A stretch of DNA of 64,000 nucleotides from Patescibacteria group bacterium (GTDB lineage: Bacteria > Patescibacteriota > Minisyncoccia > Phycocordibacterales > UBA9973): contig JAGWUB010000002.1 in the NCBI GenBank assembly GCA_028868715.1, positions 79,605 to 143,604 of the forward strand. Direction: 5' to 3'. This document shows, piece by piece, positions 25,734 to 37,733 of the stretch. Numbering within the stretch: the stretch's first letter is position 1; each line of letters opens with the position of its first letter. A program made the translations under genes and the position numbers. The notes under the pieces are model-generated. The model was not told the DNA's origin, searched no databases, and saw only the letters and a program-made list of their open reading frames with translations.

Positions 25734-26456
25734 TTAATTTGAGAAATTTGGTGTAATTAATGCCACGGATTCCATTAGAGTTTTGGGAGAACTTCCTGGC
25801 ATACGCAGAAATTCACGAACTTTAAAAAAGTGTTCAAAAACTCTTGTGTCAAAGACTCCTTTTGAGATTTTTTTATGCAAACTAGCCTCAAGTGCATTTA
25901 AAAATTTTAAAGCTTTGGCGCGAGGAGAATCCACTGATAAAATTTCATTTTCGTCTTCATCTTCCGGCTCTTCTTCCGTTAATAATTCTTTAATGAAATC
26001 AATTCTATCTTTGGGCGACATTTTTATAAATTTTTCAGCTTCTTTGACTTCTTCTGTTAGATTCGATTTGGTAGATATAAAATACAATCTAGAAAAAAGT
26101 GTTTTCAAAAGAACACTCGCATCCGGGGTAATAATAAAGAAATGTGTGTTTTCAATTGGCTCTTCAAAAATTTTTAATAGACTGTTTTGTGCTTCAAGTA
26201 GAAAATTATTAGCAGAAATTATAAATATTTTCTTGCCCGCAGAAAGACCTTTTTCTGATACGTATGATTTTAAATTACGGGCATCGTCAATCTTAAAAGA
26301 ATCTGTGCTTATTTGAATAAGGTCTGGATTAGCAACAGTACTTACCCCGATGCTTTTTAAAAACTTTAATATTTCTGGCACTATGTCGGCTTGCGCACCT
26401 TCTATTAGATATGCATGGTGTAGATTATTTTTATCAAAATATTCCTTTATGCTCAT
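25734..26456 (-). CDS. holB: DNA polymerase III delta' subunit-like (short)
   Basis: HAYLIEG and LLKIFEEP clamp-loader motifs. Confidence 0.6.
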   Translation of the reverse strand: MSIKEYFDKNNLHHAYLIEGAQADIVPEILKFLKSIGVSTVANPDLIQISTDSFKIDDARNLKSYVSEKGLSAGKKIFIISANNFLLEAQNSLLKIFEEPIENTHFFIITPDASVLLKTLFSRLYFISTKSNLTEEVKEAEKFIKMSPKDRIDFIKELLTEEEPEDEDENEILSVDSPRAKALKFLNALEASLHKKISKGVFDTRVFEHFFKVREFLRMPGSSPKTLMESVALITPNFSN

Positions 26457-27479
26457 TTATTTCTTACTTAAAACTGTTTTTTTATATACATCTAAATGTT
26501 CGAGTGCTATGCCAGTACCTTTTGCTACGCAAAAAAGAGGATCTTCGGCCAAGCTTGCTTTTACTCCAGTTTTTAGATAAATCAAATCAGTAAAATTTCG
26601 TAGAAGTGAAGAGCCGCCCGTCATAATAATACCGTGGTCAATAATATCAGAAGCAAGCTCCGGTGGAGTTTCTTGCAAGACGTTTTTTATGGCTTTGACT
26701 ATTTGTTTTAATTCTCCATCTATGGCACGCACGATTTCGTTAGTTGATACTTGAGCACTTCGTGGCAAACCTTGGATAAAATCTCTACCTTTGATAGTTA
26801 CTTGTAGTTCTTCTTCTAAGGGTACGGCGGCACCAATTTTTATTTTTACTTCTTCAGCAGTTTTATCACCGATGGCTAGGTTGAAGGTTTTTTTAATATA
26901 ATCAGCAATAGCAGCATCTATTTTGTTTCCAGCACATTTCACTGAAGTAGAGGCAACAATTCCACCAAGGGAAATAACTGCCACGTCGGTAGTGCCTCCG
27001 CCAATATCTACTACCATGTATCCCCTTGATTCATAAATAGGAATACCTGCGCCGATAGCTGCTAGGATGGGCTCTTTGACCACGTAAGCATTTTTGGCAC
27101 CAGCTCGTATAGCAGCTTCCACTACAGCTCTCCTTTCGGTGGATGTGACACCTGCTGGTACTGATACCATAACGTCTGGTTTAAAAAAACTAAAACGCCC
27201 CATAGCTTTATTTATAAAGTAATGAAGCATAGCCTCGGTTACTCGATAGTCTGCAATAACTCCGTCTTTCATCGGACGATAGGTAATGATAGATTCAGGA
27301 GTTTTTCCAATCATGTCTTTAGCTTCAAAGCCAATGGCTAAAATTTTATTATCTTGTTCTGAAACTGCAACCACAGAAGGTTCATTTAAAACTATCCCCT
27401 TGCCAGGTAAAAATACTAGGGTATTTGCCGTTCCTAAGTCTATACCCAATTTTCTTGAGAAAATATCCATAAAAGCCAT
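26457..27479 (-). CDS. mreB: rod shape-determining protein MreB
   Basis: GIDLGTANTLVF actin-fold phosphate-1 motif. Confidence 0.9.
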   Translation of the reverse strand: MAFMDIFSRKLGIDLGTANTLVFLPGKGIVLNEPSVVAVSEQDNKILAIGFEAKDMIGKTPESIITYRPMKDGVIADYRVTEAMLHYFINKAMGRFSFFKPDVMVSVPAGVTSTERRAVVEAAIRAGAKNAYVVKEPILAAIGAGIPIYESRGYMVVDIGGGTTDVAVISLGGIVASTSVKCAGNKIDAAIADYIKKTFNLAIGDKTAEEVKIKIGAAVPLEEELQVTIKGRDFIQGLPRSAQVSTNEIVRAIDGELKQIVKAIKNVLQETPPELASDIIDHGIIMTGGSSLLRNFTDLIYLKTGVKASLAEDPLFCVAKGTGIALEHLDVYKKTVLSKK

Positions 27480-27515
27480 AAAAGCAATATAGCATAAATA
27501 TGCTAGAATTAAAAT

Positions 27516-29456
27516 ATGAAAATCGTTAACATAATTCCGCTGAAAAAGGGGCTCTTGCAGAACGACCTGACTTATTTCACCACCAAGGAGATTGAAAGTG
27601 GTAGTATTGTTGCTATCATGCTTCGCAATAAAAAAGTTTTAGGTTTGGTCATCTCATGCTTGAATGTATCGGATACCAGAATGAACATAAAGGGTATGGA
27701 CTTTAATCTAAAGAAGATTGTTGAAGTCAAAGAAAAATCAATTTTCTTAAAAGAATACATAGAATCCGTGCTCCTGGTCAGTGAATATTTTGCTTGTAGT
27801 AAAAATAATGCTATCACATCTCTAATACCAGCTATTTTTAGAGAAGAATACGATAAAATTACTTCCACAAAAGCCAGACCTATTGCTAATAGAAAAAAAG
27901 AAAAAAGTATTAAAGCTGAAAAGCTACTCTTGCAAGAGCCATTTGAAAATCGTATTTCAATATATAAAACATTAATTCGTGAAAATTTTGCCAGGAAAAA
28001 ATCAGTTTTTATTGTATTGCCGACTGAAAATGACATTAAGATTTTCGAAGAACAACTTTCTAAGGGAATAGAATCTTTTACCTATGCTTTCCATGGGGGA
28101 CTTAGCCAAAAGAAGATTATTGAAAAATTTAAGGAATTAGTAAATGACGAGCACCCAGTATTGCTTTTGGGTACTGCGCCATTTTTATCTATACCTAGGG
28201 CTGATATGGGAGCCATAGTGTTAGAACATGAGAGCTCTAATAGCTATAAAATGATAGCCAGACCTCATATTGATCTACGAATTTTTGTGGAACTTTTTGC
28301 TTCAAAAATCAATGCGAAGTTTATATTAAGCGATACTCTTTTGCGTTTTGAAACCATAGCCAGGCGCGAATTAGATAGATTAATACCAATGCACCCTTTG
28401 TCTTTTAGGATTAACTTTGATGGAGAGATTAAAATTGAAAATCCCAGACCCAGGTCAGAGACTTCGAGTTCTAAATTTAAAATATTTTCTGAAAATAGCA
28501 TAGAAGAGATAAAAAATTCAATTCTAAAAAAGAAGAATGTATTTATCTTTACCCTGCGAAAGGGCCTAGCTACACAAACTTTATGTAGAGACTGTGGTGA
28601 AATAGTAAGTTGTGATAAATGTTTAGCCCCACTGGTGCTTTATAATTCTACCACTGACAAAGGACGATTTTTTGTTTGTAATCGTTGTGGTGAAGAAAAG
28701 AATACAGAAACAGTCTGTAGTCACTGCCATAGTTGGAATTTAGTTCCATTGGGCATTGGTACAGATACTGTATCGGAAGAATTAAATAAAATTTTTCCAA
28801 AAGTTAAAATTTTAAAACTAGACAAGGAAGCTGTGAAAACTAAAAAGGAGGCTGATAAAATTATAAAAGAATTTGAAGAAAACCCTGGCACTATACTTGT
28901 CGGCACCGAAATGGCAACCTATTATCTAAAAAATAAAGTTGACCTATCTATTGTCGCAGCATTTGATTCATTTTGGAGCATACCAAATTTTAAAATGAGT
29001 GAGAAAATAATTCAGCTAATAATTTCCATTATTTCCAATACGCAGGGTAAATTTATTATCCAAACTAAAAACGATCAAGATCCTGCCATTTTAGCAATTC
29101 AATCTAGAAATTTATTGTCTTTTGTACGCACCGAGCTGGAGGATAGAAAAAATCTTTCTTATCCACCCTTTAAACGTTTTATTAAAATTAAACATATTGG
29201 AAATAAGGTAGATACTTTAAAGGCAAAAGAATTACTGGAAAAAACCTTGGTGGATTACAGGCCTATGATTTTTAGCGGATTTATGGCTCAAATAAAAAGT
29301 AGGTACATTACCAATGCCTTGATAAAACTAGAAAATAACTACTGGTCATTACCCGAACTATCATCTGACTCTGGCTTGGACAAAAATCTATTAGCGAAAC
29401 TTTTAACACTTCCGCTTTCTTTTGAAGTATTTGTAGATCCAGAAGATTTGTTATAG
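27516..29456 (+). CDS. priA: PriA-like primosomal protein N' with intact Cys-rich region but degenerate Walker A/B
   Basis: The sequence aligns along PriA, and the CxxC x4 block is present. The Walker A position reads QEPFENRI instead of GxGKT. The DEEH box reads LEHE. Confidence 0.65.
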   Translation: MKIVNIIPLKKGLLQNDLTYFTTKEIESGSIVAIMLRNKKVLGLVISCLNVSDTRMNIKGMDFNLKKIVEVKEKSIFLKEYIESVLLVSEYFACSKNNAITSLIPAIFREEYDKITSTKARPIANRKKEKSIKAEKLLLQEPFENRISIYKTLIRENFARKKSVFIVLPTENDIKIFEEQLSKGIESFTYAFHGGLSQKKIIEKFKELVNDEHPVLLLGTAPFLSIPRADMGAIVLEHESSNSYKMIARPHIDLRIFVELFASKINAKFILSDTLLRFETIARRELDRLIPMHPLSFRINFDGEIKIENPRPRSETSSSKFKIFSENSIEEIKNSILKKKNVFIFTLRKGLATQTLCRDCGEIVSCDKCLAPLVLYNSTTDKGRFFVCNRCGEEKNTETVCSHCHSWNLVPLGIGTDTVSEELNKIFPKVKILKLDKEAVKTKKEADKIIKEFEENPGTILVGTEMATYYLKNKVDLSIVAAFDSFWSIPNFKMSEKIIQLIISIISNTQGKFIIQTKNDQDPAILAIQSRNLLSFVRTELEDRKNLSYPPFKRFIKIKHIGNKVDTLKAKELLEKTLVDYRPMIFSGFMAQIKSRYITNALIKLENNYWSLPELSSDSGLDKNLLAKLLTLPLSFEVFVDPEDLL

Positions 29457-29462
29457 AAAAAA

Positions 29463-29825
29463 TTAGGGTAGATTTTCTACATCTATTACCTCCTCTTTCT
29501 TTAAAAATTTATTGATTTTTTTACTCATGGTAATTGTTCTCGTAGAACCAATTACAATTATTAAAATTCCGATTACAATCAATATAATAGCTATATTCTG
29601 GAATGATATATTTCCAGGAGTTAATTTAAATAGAGTTACTCCAATAACTATTACGGTCAAACTAGTACGAATATAAGCTAGGTAAGTAGCCTCATTTGTA
29701 AGTATAGTTCGCTCTATCGCCAAGTAATCACGTAAGATAAGTTCTTTGGCTAAAAATTCTTGGTAAACTCGTGGGTCTATATCTTTATTATTTTTAAAAA
29801 TACCTTTGTAAAAATGAATATTCAT
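29463..29825 (-). CDS. DUF202/YidH-family membrane protein
   Basis: RDYLAIERTILTNEATYLAYIRTSL motif followed by TM helices. Confidence 0.6.
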   Translation of the reverse strand: MNIHFYKGIFKNNKDIDPRVYQEFLAKELILRDYLAIERTILTNEATYLAYIRTSLTVIVIGVTLFKLTPGNISFQNIAIILIVIGILIIVIGSTRTITMSKKINKFLKKEEVIDVENLP

Positions 29826-29845
29826 AACTTTACTATAGCATAATT

Positions 29846-30544
29846 TTAATAATTTAATGGGGTAACCAATATTGTAAATTCACCCTTTTGTTTTATCGGA
29901 TTTTTGTTCAAATATTCCAACAACTCAGCTGGTGTGCCTGTCTTAAATTCTTCGTAAATTTTTGTCAGTTCTCGGGCAATGCAAACTTTTCTAGTTGGAC
30001 AAAATTTGATAAGTGATTCTAGGGTTTTTAAAATTCTATGTGGAGATTCGTAAAAAATATATGTACGCTTAGCTTCTGCAATCTCTTTAAATAAAGTCTC
30101 TCTACCCTTTTTGTGTGGCAAAAAACCAAGAAAAGTAAACTCATGAGTCGGCAATCCAGAGGCTGAAAGAGCTGTTATGATAGCAGTAGACCCAGGAATA
30201 GGAATCACCTCCACTTCACTATTTACGCCATGGCTGAAATAAGATTTAATCTTTGAAACAAGCATTGCTCCAGGGTCAGAAATACCGGGAGTGCCAGCAT
30301 CTGAGACTAATGCTAAATCTTTCCCCTCTTCTAAAAGTCCAAGGATTTTATCTACTTTTGCGAGCTTACTTTGCGCATGATAGCTCATTGTAGGTTTTTT
30401 TATTTCGTATTTATCTAAAAGTTTTTTAGTAACCCGTGTATCTTCACACAGTATGAGATCAACATTTTTCAATGTTTCAATGGCTCGAAACGTTATGTCT
30501 CCCATGTTTCCTATTGGCGTAGCTACAACGTAAAATTTTGACAT
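29846..30544 (-). CDS. rsmI: 16S rRNA (cytidine1402-2'-O)-methyltransferase
   Basis: Tetrapyrrole-methylase fold, VATPIGNMGDIT...LCEDTR motifs. Confidence 0.8.
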   Translation of the reverse strand: MSKFYVVATPIGNMGDITFRAIETLKNVDLILCEDTRVTKKLLDKYEIKKPTMSYHAQSKLAKVDKILGLLEEGKDLALVSDAGTPGISDPGAMLVSKIKSYFSHGVNSEVEVIPIPGSTAIITALSASGLPTHEFTFLGFLPHKKGRETLFKEIAEAKRTYIFYESPHRILKTLESLIKFCPTRKVCIARELTKIYEEFKTGTPAELLEYLNKNPIKQKGEFTILVTPLNY

Positions 30545-30551
30545 TGGTTTT

Positions 30552-30998
30552 TTATTTCCTATACTTTTTTGTACGCCACTTATCGGCGATTTTCACTCGA
30601 GTGAGTGAACGTTCTAGTTCGGCCTCAAAATGTTCGAAGTCTACATGCTCCTTATTTTCCATAGCTTTTCGCATTTCTTCAGCTTTGTTTTTTGCTTGTG
30701 CTATTTTTTCATCAGAAATTTCTGAAAGATGTTCAGCGAAATCGGCAAGTATAGCCACTTCGGTAATACCAGTATCACCTTTTTTCACTTCAATAAAACC
30801 ACCGACTACTGCCATAGGCACATACTCACCACCGGTGACAGCCACTACATCTCCAGATGCTAGTCCAGAAATCAAGGGAATATGGTCAGGCAGAATTGTG
30901 ATTTCCCCTTCAGTCGTAGGTAGAGATACTTGGTCTACCATCTCCTCTAATATCAATTTCTCTGGAGTTATTATTTTTAATTTAAGTTGTTTAGTCAT
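30552..30998 (-). CDS. atpC: ATP synthase epsilon subunit
   Basis: Position in the operon and sequence. Confidence 0.8.
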   Translation of the reverse strand: MTKQLKLKIITPEKLILEEMVDQVSLPTTEGEITILPDHIPLISGLASGDVVAVTGGEYVPMAVVGGFIEVKKGDTGITEVAILADFAEHLSEISDEKIAQAKNKAEEMRKAMENKEHVDFEHFEAELERSLTRVKIADKWRTKKYRK

Positions 30999-31001
30999 AT
31001 T

Positions 31002-32387
<1,386 letters not shown>

Positions 32388-32408
32388 TTAATAATGATTA
32401 ATAATTTT

Positions 32409-33299
32409 CTATTGAACTGAAGCCATGCCGGCACTAATTTCTGAAATTTCTCTGGTAATATTTGCTTGACGAGCTTTATTGAACACCAACGTCAGGTCGT
32501 CTATCATTTCACCCGAGGCGTCAGAAGCATTTTTCATGGCAAGCATTCTACTGGATTGTTCGGATGCATTTGACTCTAGAAACATTTGATAAAGTTGCAT
32601 TCGAGTGATTTTACTAGCGAGCATATCAAGTAAGGTTTCAAAATCTCCTTCAAATAAATAATTTACAGGAGAGTTAACTGATTTTTCTGGTAAAGTCTCG
32701 ATCATTTCGGTGACCTCTTCTTTTGATATTGGCAAAATTTGTTTTATGGTCGGGTTTTGAGCTAGAGCTGAAGAGAAGTATGTATAAATTACGTATACTT
32801 TCTTATAAACCTGACTTTTATATCCATCTGTAATTATTTTTGAAAGTGGAAAGATGTCAGAGATTGAGACATTTACATCTGGCATATCTGTAAAAACTTC
32901 AGTGATGTTTTGATTAATTCTCCTCATAGCTACATCACCTTTTTTACCTACGGTGACAATGTCTACGTCTTTACCTTCTTCTAATTCTTTGAGTTTTAAA
33001 ATAGCTTTTTTGATAACTTGGGAATTGTATCCTCCGCAAAGTCCACGATTGGAAGTGATCAAGACTACCAATGTCTTTCCATTCTCTTGTTTATTGAAAA
33101 ATGGGTTTGCGGAGTCCTTGATATTTGAAGCGACAGACTCGAGAATTTCTGCAGAATATTCTGCGTAAAGACGAGATGCCATAGTGGCTCCTACCGCGCG
33201 CTTCATCTTTGAAGCCGCTACTAGCTCCATGGCCTTGGTGATCTTTTTGGTATTCTTTACACTGATTATTCTTCTTTTAATTTCTTTTGTCCCTGCCAT
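32409..33299 (-). CDS. atpG: ATP synthase gamma subunit
   Basis: Sequence and operon position. Confidence 0.85.
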   Translation of the reverse strand: MAGTKEIKRRIISVKNTKKITKAMELVAASKMKRAVGATMASRLYAEYSAEILESVASNIKDSANPFFNKQENGKTLVVLITSNRGLCGGYNSQVIKKAILKLKELEEGKDVDIVTVGKKGDVAMRRINQNITEVFTDMPDVNVSISDIFPLSKIITDGYKSQVYKKVYVIYTYFSSALAQNPTIKQILPISKEEVTEMIETLPEKSVNSPVNYLFEGDFETLLDMLASKITRMQLYQMFLESNASEQSSRMLAMKNASDASGEMIDDLTLVFNKARQANITREISEISAGMASVQ

Positions 33300-33308
33300 A
33301 AATTTTAT

Positions 33309-34808
33309 TTATTGTGTAAACCCTGATTTAAAATCTTCAATCGCTTTTTTAAGTTCAGCTTCGCCTTTATCTGTCCACATTTTTGAAGTTTGTACTTCTT
33401 TGTAAAATGTTTTAGCATTGCGTACACTGTATTCAATCAATCCATTCTCAAATGCCTTTATTTTTTCAATAGCGACATTGTCCATGTATCCTTTTGTTAG
33501 GGCGTACATGATCACGACTTGGTTTTCTACTTTTATTGGGGAGTATTGTGCTTGTTTCAAGACTTCTATTGCTCTCTTTCCACGCTCGAGTTGGTTTTGA
33601 GTAGCTTCATCAAGGTCAGAGCCGAATTGCGCAAAAGCTTCAAGCTCTCGGAATTGAGCAAGGTCGAGCTTTAAAGTTCCAGCCACTTTTTTCATAGCTT
33701 TGATTTGTGCAGATGATCCCACGCGAGATACCGAAAAGCCCACGTTTACCGCAGGGCGAATTCCTTTGTAGAAAAGATCTGTTTCTAAGAAGATTTGTCC
33801 ATCAGTTATCGAAATAACGTTTGTCGGAATGTAAGCAGAAATATCTCCAGCTTGAGTTTCGATTATTGGAAGCGCAGTAATACTGCCACCACCGTACTTC
33901 TCATTTCTGCGACAAGCACGTTCAAGTAAACGAGAGTGTAAGTAGAAAACATCTCCTGGGTATGCTTCACGGCCTGGTGGTCGGCGAAGAAGCAAAGAAA
34001 TTTCTCGATAAGCTACAGCGTGCTTGGAAAGATCGTCGTAAATTATCAATACATCTTTGCCTTGATCCATGAAATATTCAGCTATAGAAACACCAGTATA
34101 AGGTGCAATGTATGACATAGGTGCCGGTTCTGAAGCTCCAGCTGATACAATGACAGTATATGCCATAGCACCACCTTCTTCGAGCCTGGCCTCAATCTTG
34201 CGAAGTTTGGAATCCTTTTGTCCGATGGACACATAAACACAAATCATGTTTTGCCCTTTTTGATTTAAAATAGCATCGATAGCAATAGCTGTCTTTCCAG
34301 TCTGTCGGTCACCAATGATGAGCTCACGCTGACCACGACCAATAGGGATAATTGCATCGATTACTTTTATTCCAGTAGACACTGGCTGATCCACACCCTG
34401 GCGAGTAATAACTCCAGAAGCTACACGTTCGACAGGATAAGTCTTTTCACTCTTGAATACACCTTTGCCATCAATCGACTCACCCAAAGCACTCACTACT
34501 CGGCCTAAAATACTATCACTTACTGGAATTTCCAAGATTCTGCCCGTAGCCTTGACCTCGTCCCCTTCCTTTATTTTTGAAAATTCTCCTAAAATGATGA
34601 CACCCACTGTGTCTTCTTCGAGGTTTAATGCCACACCCGTAACACCATTTGGAAAAGTGACCATTTCAGATGATTTAATATCAGACAAGCCAGAAACTTT
34701 AGCGATACCATCAAAAACTTCTATGACGTGGCCGACTTTTTCTGTCTGCGTGGCGACTTTGAAGGATTCTATTTCTTTTCTTAAATTTTCTACAATATTG
34801 TTTGACAT
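33309..34808 (-). CDS. atpA: ATP synthase alpha subunit
   Basis: GDRQTGKT P-loop. Confidence 0.95.
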   Translation of the reverse strand: MSNNIVENLRKEIESFKVATQTEKVGHVIEVFDGIAKVSGLSDIKSSEMVTFPNGVTGVALNLEEDTVGVIILGEFSKIKEGDEVKATGRILEIPVSDSILGRVVSALGESIDGKGVFKSEKTYPVERVASGVITRQGVDQPVSTGIKVIDAIIPIGRGQRELIIGDRQTGKTAIAIDAILNQKGQNMICVYVSIGQKDSKLRKIEARLEEGGAMAYTVIVSAGASEPAPMSYIAPYTGVSIAEYFMDQGKDVLIIYDDLSKHAVAYREISLLLRRPPGREAYPGDVFYLHSRLLERACRRNEKYGGGSITALPIIETQAGDISAYIPTNVISITDGQIFLETDLFYKGIRPAVNVGFSVSRVGSSAQIKAMKKVAGTLKLDLAQFRELEAFAQFGSDLDEATQNQLERGKRAIEVLKQAQYSPIKVENQVVIMYALTKGYMDNVAIEKIKAFENGLIEYSVRNAKTFYKEVQTSKMWTDKGEAELKKAIEDFKSGFTQ

Positions 34809-34817
34809 ATCCTTTGT

Positions 34818-35228
34818 TTAATTATTGCGTATTAAAAAATTTTCTAATTTACTGAGCTTGTTTTTATATGTACTATCTGTAACTTCATCGCCCACTTCGA
34901 TCCTAATGCCTCCGAGTAATTCACTTTTTTCAAAAAAAACACTCTCAACTCTCTCTGCTTTGTATTTTTCTTTGATTTGATGTTCCAGATTTTTCCGTTG
35001 TTCGTTGGTCAGTGGTTTTGCTGAAGTAATATTTGCTCGGATTGTATTATTTTTTTTATCAATGATATCTTGGAGAGCTTTTAGTATGTTTTCTGAGTGT
35101 CCGATCATTCTCTTGTTTGAAATCATCTTAGCTCCATTTTTGAGGATGATCGAAAGGTCATTTCCATGTTTACCCTCTGACGCGATGTATATGGCTTCAG
35201 CTATGTTTTTTGCAGAAATTTTTGCCAT
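34818..35228 (-). CDS. atpH: ATP synthase delta subunit
   Basis: Operon position and OSCP-like sequence. Confidence 0.7.
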   Translation of the reverse strand: MAKISAKNIAEAIYIASEGKHGNDLSIILKNGAKMISNKRMIGHSENILKALQDIIDKKNNTIRANITSAKPLTNEQRKNLEHQIKEKYKAERVESVFFEKSELLGGIRIEVGDEVTDSTYKNKLSKLENFLIRNN

Positions 35229-35229
35229 A

Positions 35230-35676
35230 TTACTTTTTTTCTTCGATTATCTTTTGTGCTGCTAATATAGCCAAACTTGCGAGCTCCCGCTTGGCATCAT
35301 TTACCATCTTTGCTTTTTCTGCTTCAAGGACAATCTTCCCATTTTCTATCATCGTGGAGACTTCAGCCCTAGCGTCATTTAACATAGTTTCTTTTTTGAC
35401 CAGGGCTTCTTTTTTGCCTTCCTCGAAAACTTTTTGCGCCTCTATGCGAGCTTTGCTCAAAGCATCTGCATATTCTCTTTTAGTTTGCTCAAGTAAAATA
35501 GCATTTGTTTTTGCATCGTTTAGACCTGTCTCTATCTCAGCTGTTCTGTCTTTGATAAGATTGCGGAGTGGTTTTGCTGCTAGAAAATACAGCGCCACAA
35601 AAACCAGCCCGAAATTTATCATTTGAGCAATCATCAACCTCCAGTCTATGTGAAATGTATTGATGAAATCTTGCAT
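35230..35676 (-). CDS. atpF: ATP synthase subunit b
   Basis: TM helix plus long charged helix. Confidence 0.75.
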   Translation of the reverse strand: MQDFINTFHIDWRLMIAQMINFGLVFVALYFLAAKPLRNLIKDRTAEIETGLNDAKTNAILLEQTKREYADALSKARIEAQKVFEEGKKEALVKKETMLNDARAEVSTMIENGKIVLEAEKAKMVNDAKRELASLAILAAQKIIEEKK

Positions 35677-35686
35677 TATTTTTAAA

Positions 35687-35944
<258 letters not shown>

Positions 35945-35983
35945 CTAATAATTAATTTTAATAACTTCGACTACTTTATAATT

Positions 35984-36859
35984 TTAAACGCTGGCCAATT
36001 GTTTCTCGCTGTGCTCCTCTTCATGCTCTGAATGATCTTGTGCCGCTATCGTAAAGTAAACGCTAGCAAGTAAAGAAAATATCAAAGCTTGAATTAGCCC
36101 CACAAAGACTTCGAGGAATAAAAACGGCCCCGGCAAAACATACAAGAATATTGCCCCCATTGAAGCGAGCAACACTTCTCCCGCGAACACGTTTCCAAAA
36201 AGTCGGAATGACAGTGATGCAACTTTTGCAAACTCTCCTAAAAGCTCGAGTACTCCTACGAAAAAAGATATAGGCGATACGATTACTATCGACTTGTCAT
36301 GCTTTACTTTGGTGAAAATATCCCCAAGTGCCTTAAGATTAACATATTTGTTAAAAATTTTCCATACTCCAATTGTGAGAATTCCAAAGATATTTGAGGC
36401 AATGACTATCATAATACTGAGGGCTAGAGTCATATTTATGTCTGCTGTGCCAGAACGGAAAAGTGGGACAAATACTGTGTGGCCTTCTTCTAAAACATTG
36501 AATCCGACAGATCCGACGAAGGGCAAAAGTCCAAGCCAGTTGTTTACTAAAATAAACATAAATAATGAAAATACTATTGGGAAAATTTTATCGGTAATTT
36601 TTCTGTCATTTGTTACTTGATCTACTAGACCCATAGCACCCTCTAAGACTAATTCAAATATATTCTGTAATTTGTTTGGGATTTTTTGTATTTTTAAACG
36701 GATAGCTAAAGATATAGCAACGATAACTAAAAGTGCGAGCCATGAAGTGAGAAGTGAGTTTGTGATCTGCAATCCTCCGACATTGAAAATCGGTTCAGCA
36801 AAAATTGTGACTTCATGTGTGGGTTGCTGTATATTTAATTGTGTACTATTATTCTCCAT
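35984..36859 (-). CDS. atpB: ATP synthase subunit a
   Basis: Multi-TM protein with a conserved R-containing helix. Confidence 0.85.
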   Translation of the reverse strand: MENNSTQLNIQQPTHEVTIFAEPIFNVGGLQITNSLLTSWLALLVIVAISLAIRLKIQKIPNKLQNIFELVLEGAMGLVDQVTNDRKITDKIFPIVFSLFMFILVNNWLGLLPFVGSVGFNVLEEGHTVFVPLFRSGTADINMTLALSIMIVIASNIFGILTIGVWKIFNKYVNLKALGDIFTKVKHDKSIVIVSPISFFVGVLELLGEFAKVASLSFRLFGNVFAGEVLLASMGAIFLYVLPGPFLFLEVFVGLIQALIFSLLASVYFTIAAQDHSEHEEEHSEKQLASV

Positions 36860-36860
36860 T

Positions 36861-37082
36861 TTATTCTTGCCCGTCCTTTGGCGTGGTTAAAGTTTTTCTG
36901 TAATCCTTTACTTCTTTGTAAATTCCAAAACATGTGATCCCAAAACTAACTAAAATCAATCCTGAAAATAAAGAAGGAAATACATATTTACCTAAAACTA
37001 AGGCTAAAACCAGTGGCCCTAAAATCCATGAAGTGGTTTTTGCGTAAAATATATAAACGTATTTAAACTCATTATTTTTCAT
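36861..37082 (-). CDS. AtpI/AtpZ-like small membrane protein (start trimmed to avoid tRNA-Ile)
   Basis: Two TM helices immediately upstream of atpB. The track ORF start at 37109 overlaps the tRNA, so the internal Met (MKNNEF...) is taken as the start. Confidence 0.4.
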   Translation of the reverse strand: MKNNEFKYVYIFYAKTTSWILGPLVLALVLGKYVFPSLFSGLILVSFGITCFGIYKEVKDYRKTLTTPKDGQE

Positions 37083-37083
37083 A

Positions 37084-37157
37084 GGTGAGCGTGGATGGAA
37101 TCGGACCATCGACCTCTGTCTTATCAGGACAGCGTTCTACCACTGAACTACACGCTC
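37084..37157 (-). tRNA. tRNA-Ile (anticodon GAU)
   Basis: Acceptor GAGCGTG/CACGCTC, anticodon stem CTGTC/GACAG with loop CTGATAA, T-arm GATGG-TCCGATT-CCATC. Confidence 0.8.
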
Positions 37158-37218
37158 AAACAAAACAAACGCCCTTTAATACAAGGGTCATATAGAATAT
37201 ATCAAAAATAACACCTAT

Positions 37219-37249
37219 AAGCAAACAAAAAATCGCCCTTTCGAGCGAT
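37219..37249 (-). terminator. rho-independent terminator after the RRM gene (ATCGC-8nt-GCGAT + T run)
   Basis: Hairpin followed by TTTTTGTTTGC on the minus strand. A second weaker hairpin lies at 37171-37190. Confidence 0.45.
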
Positions 37250-37276
37250 CATTTGTTTTTGAGAAATTAATTTTGA

Positions 37277-37591
37277 TTAGTATTCTCGGCGTCCGCCTCC
37301 ATTGCCATATCCGCCATTACCACCTGTGCGTGGTGGACGAGCTTCCATTGGGCGTGCTTCGTTGACAGTAAGTTTGCGTCCTTCGAAATCTTGATCGTTG
37401 AACATTGAAATAGCTTTTGTAGCTTCTTCCTGTGTTGACATTTCTACGAATCCAAAACCTTTTGAACGACCAGACATCTTGTCCATGATAATCACAGCGG
37501 AAACAACGTTTCCAGCCTGTGCGAAAAGCTCTTTGAGAGCGTTTTCTTGTGTACTGTAAGGGAGTCCCCCTACATATAGCTTTGTAGCCAT
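37277..37591 (-). CDS. RNA-binding protein with RRM domain and Gly-rich tail
   Basis: RNP2-like LYVGGL and RNP1-like KGFGFVEM. C-terminal GGNGGYGNGGGRR. Confidence 0.8.
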   Translation of the reverse strand: MATKLYVGGLPYSTQENALKELFAQAGNVVSAVIIMDKMSGRSKGFGFVEMSTQEEATKAISMFNDQDFEGRKLTVNEARPMEARPPRTGGNGGYGNGGGRREY

Positions 37592-37733
37592 ATATTATTT
37601 CTTCTCCGGTTTTTTAAAAAGTCCGGCAAAAACTATTTATAATGTCTGCCTGCGAGGCCAGACGTAGAAATTCTTGTCGCTAAACGAGAAACTACTACCC
37701 AATAAGTCTAGCATATGGCTAAATAAAAGCAAT

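Noticed and set aside
36861-37109. Track start of the atpI-like ORF at 37109
   Set aside because: The first 26 nt overlap tRNA-Ile (37084-37157). The start was moved to the internal Met at 37082.
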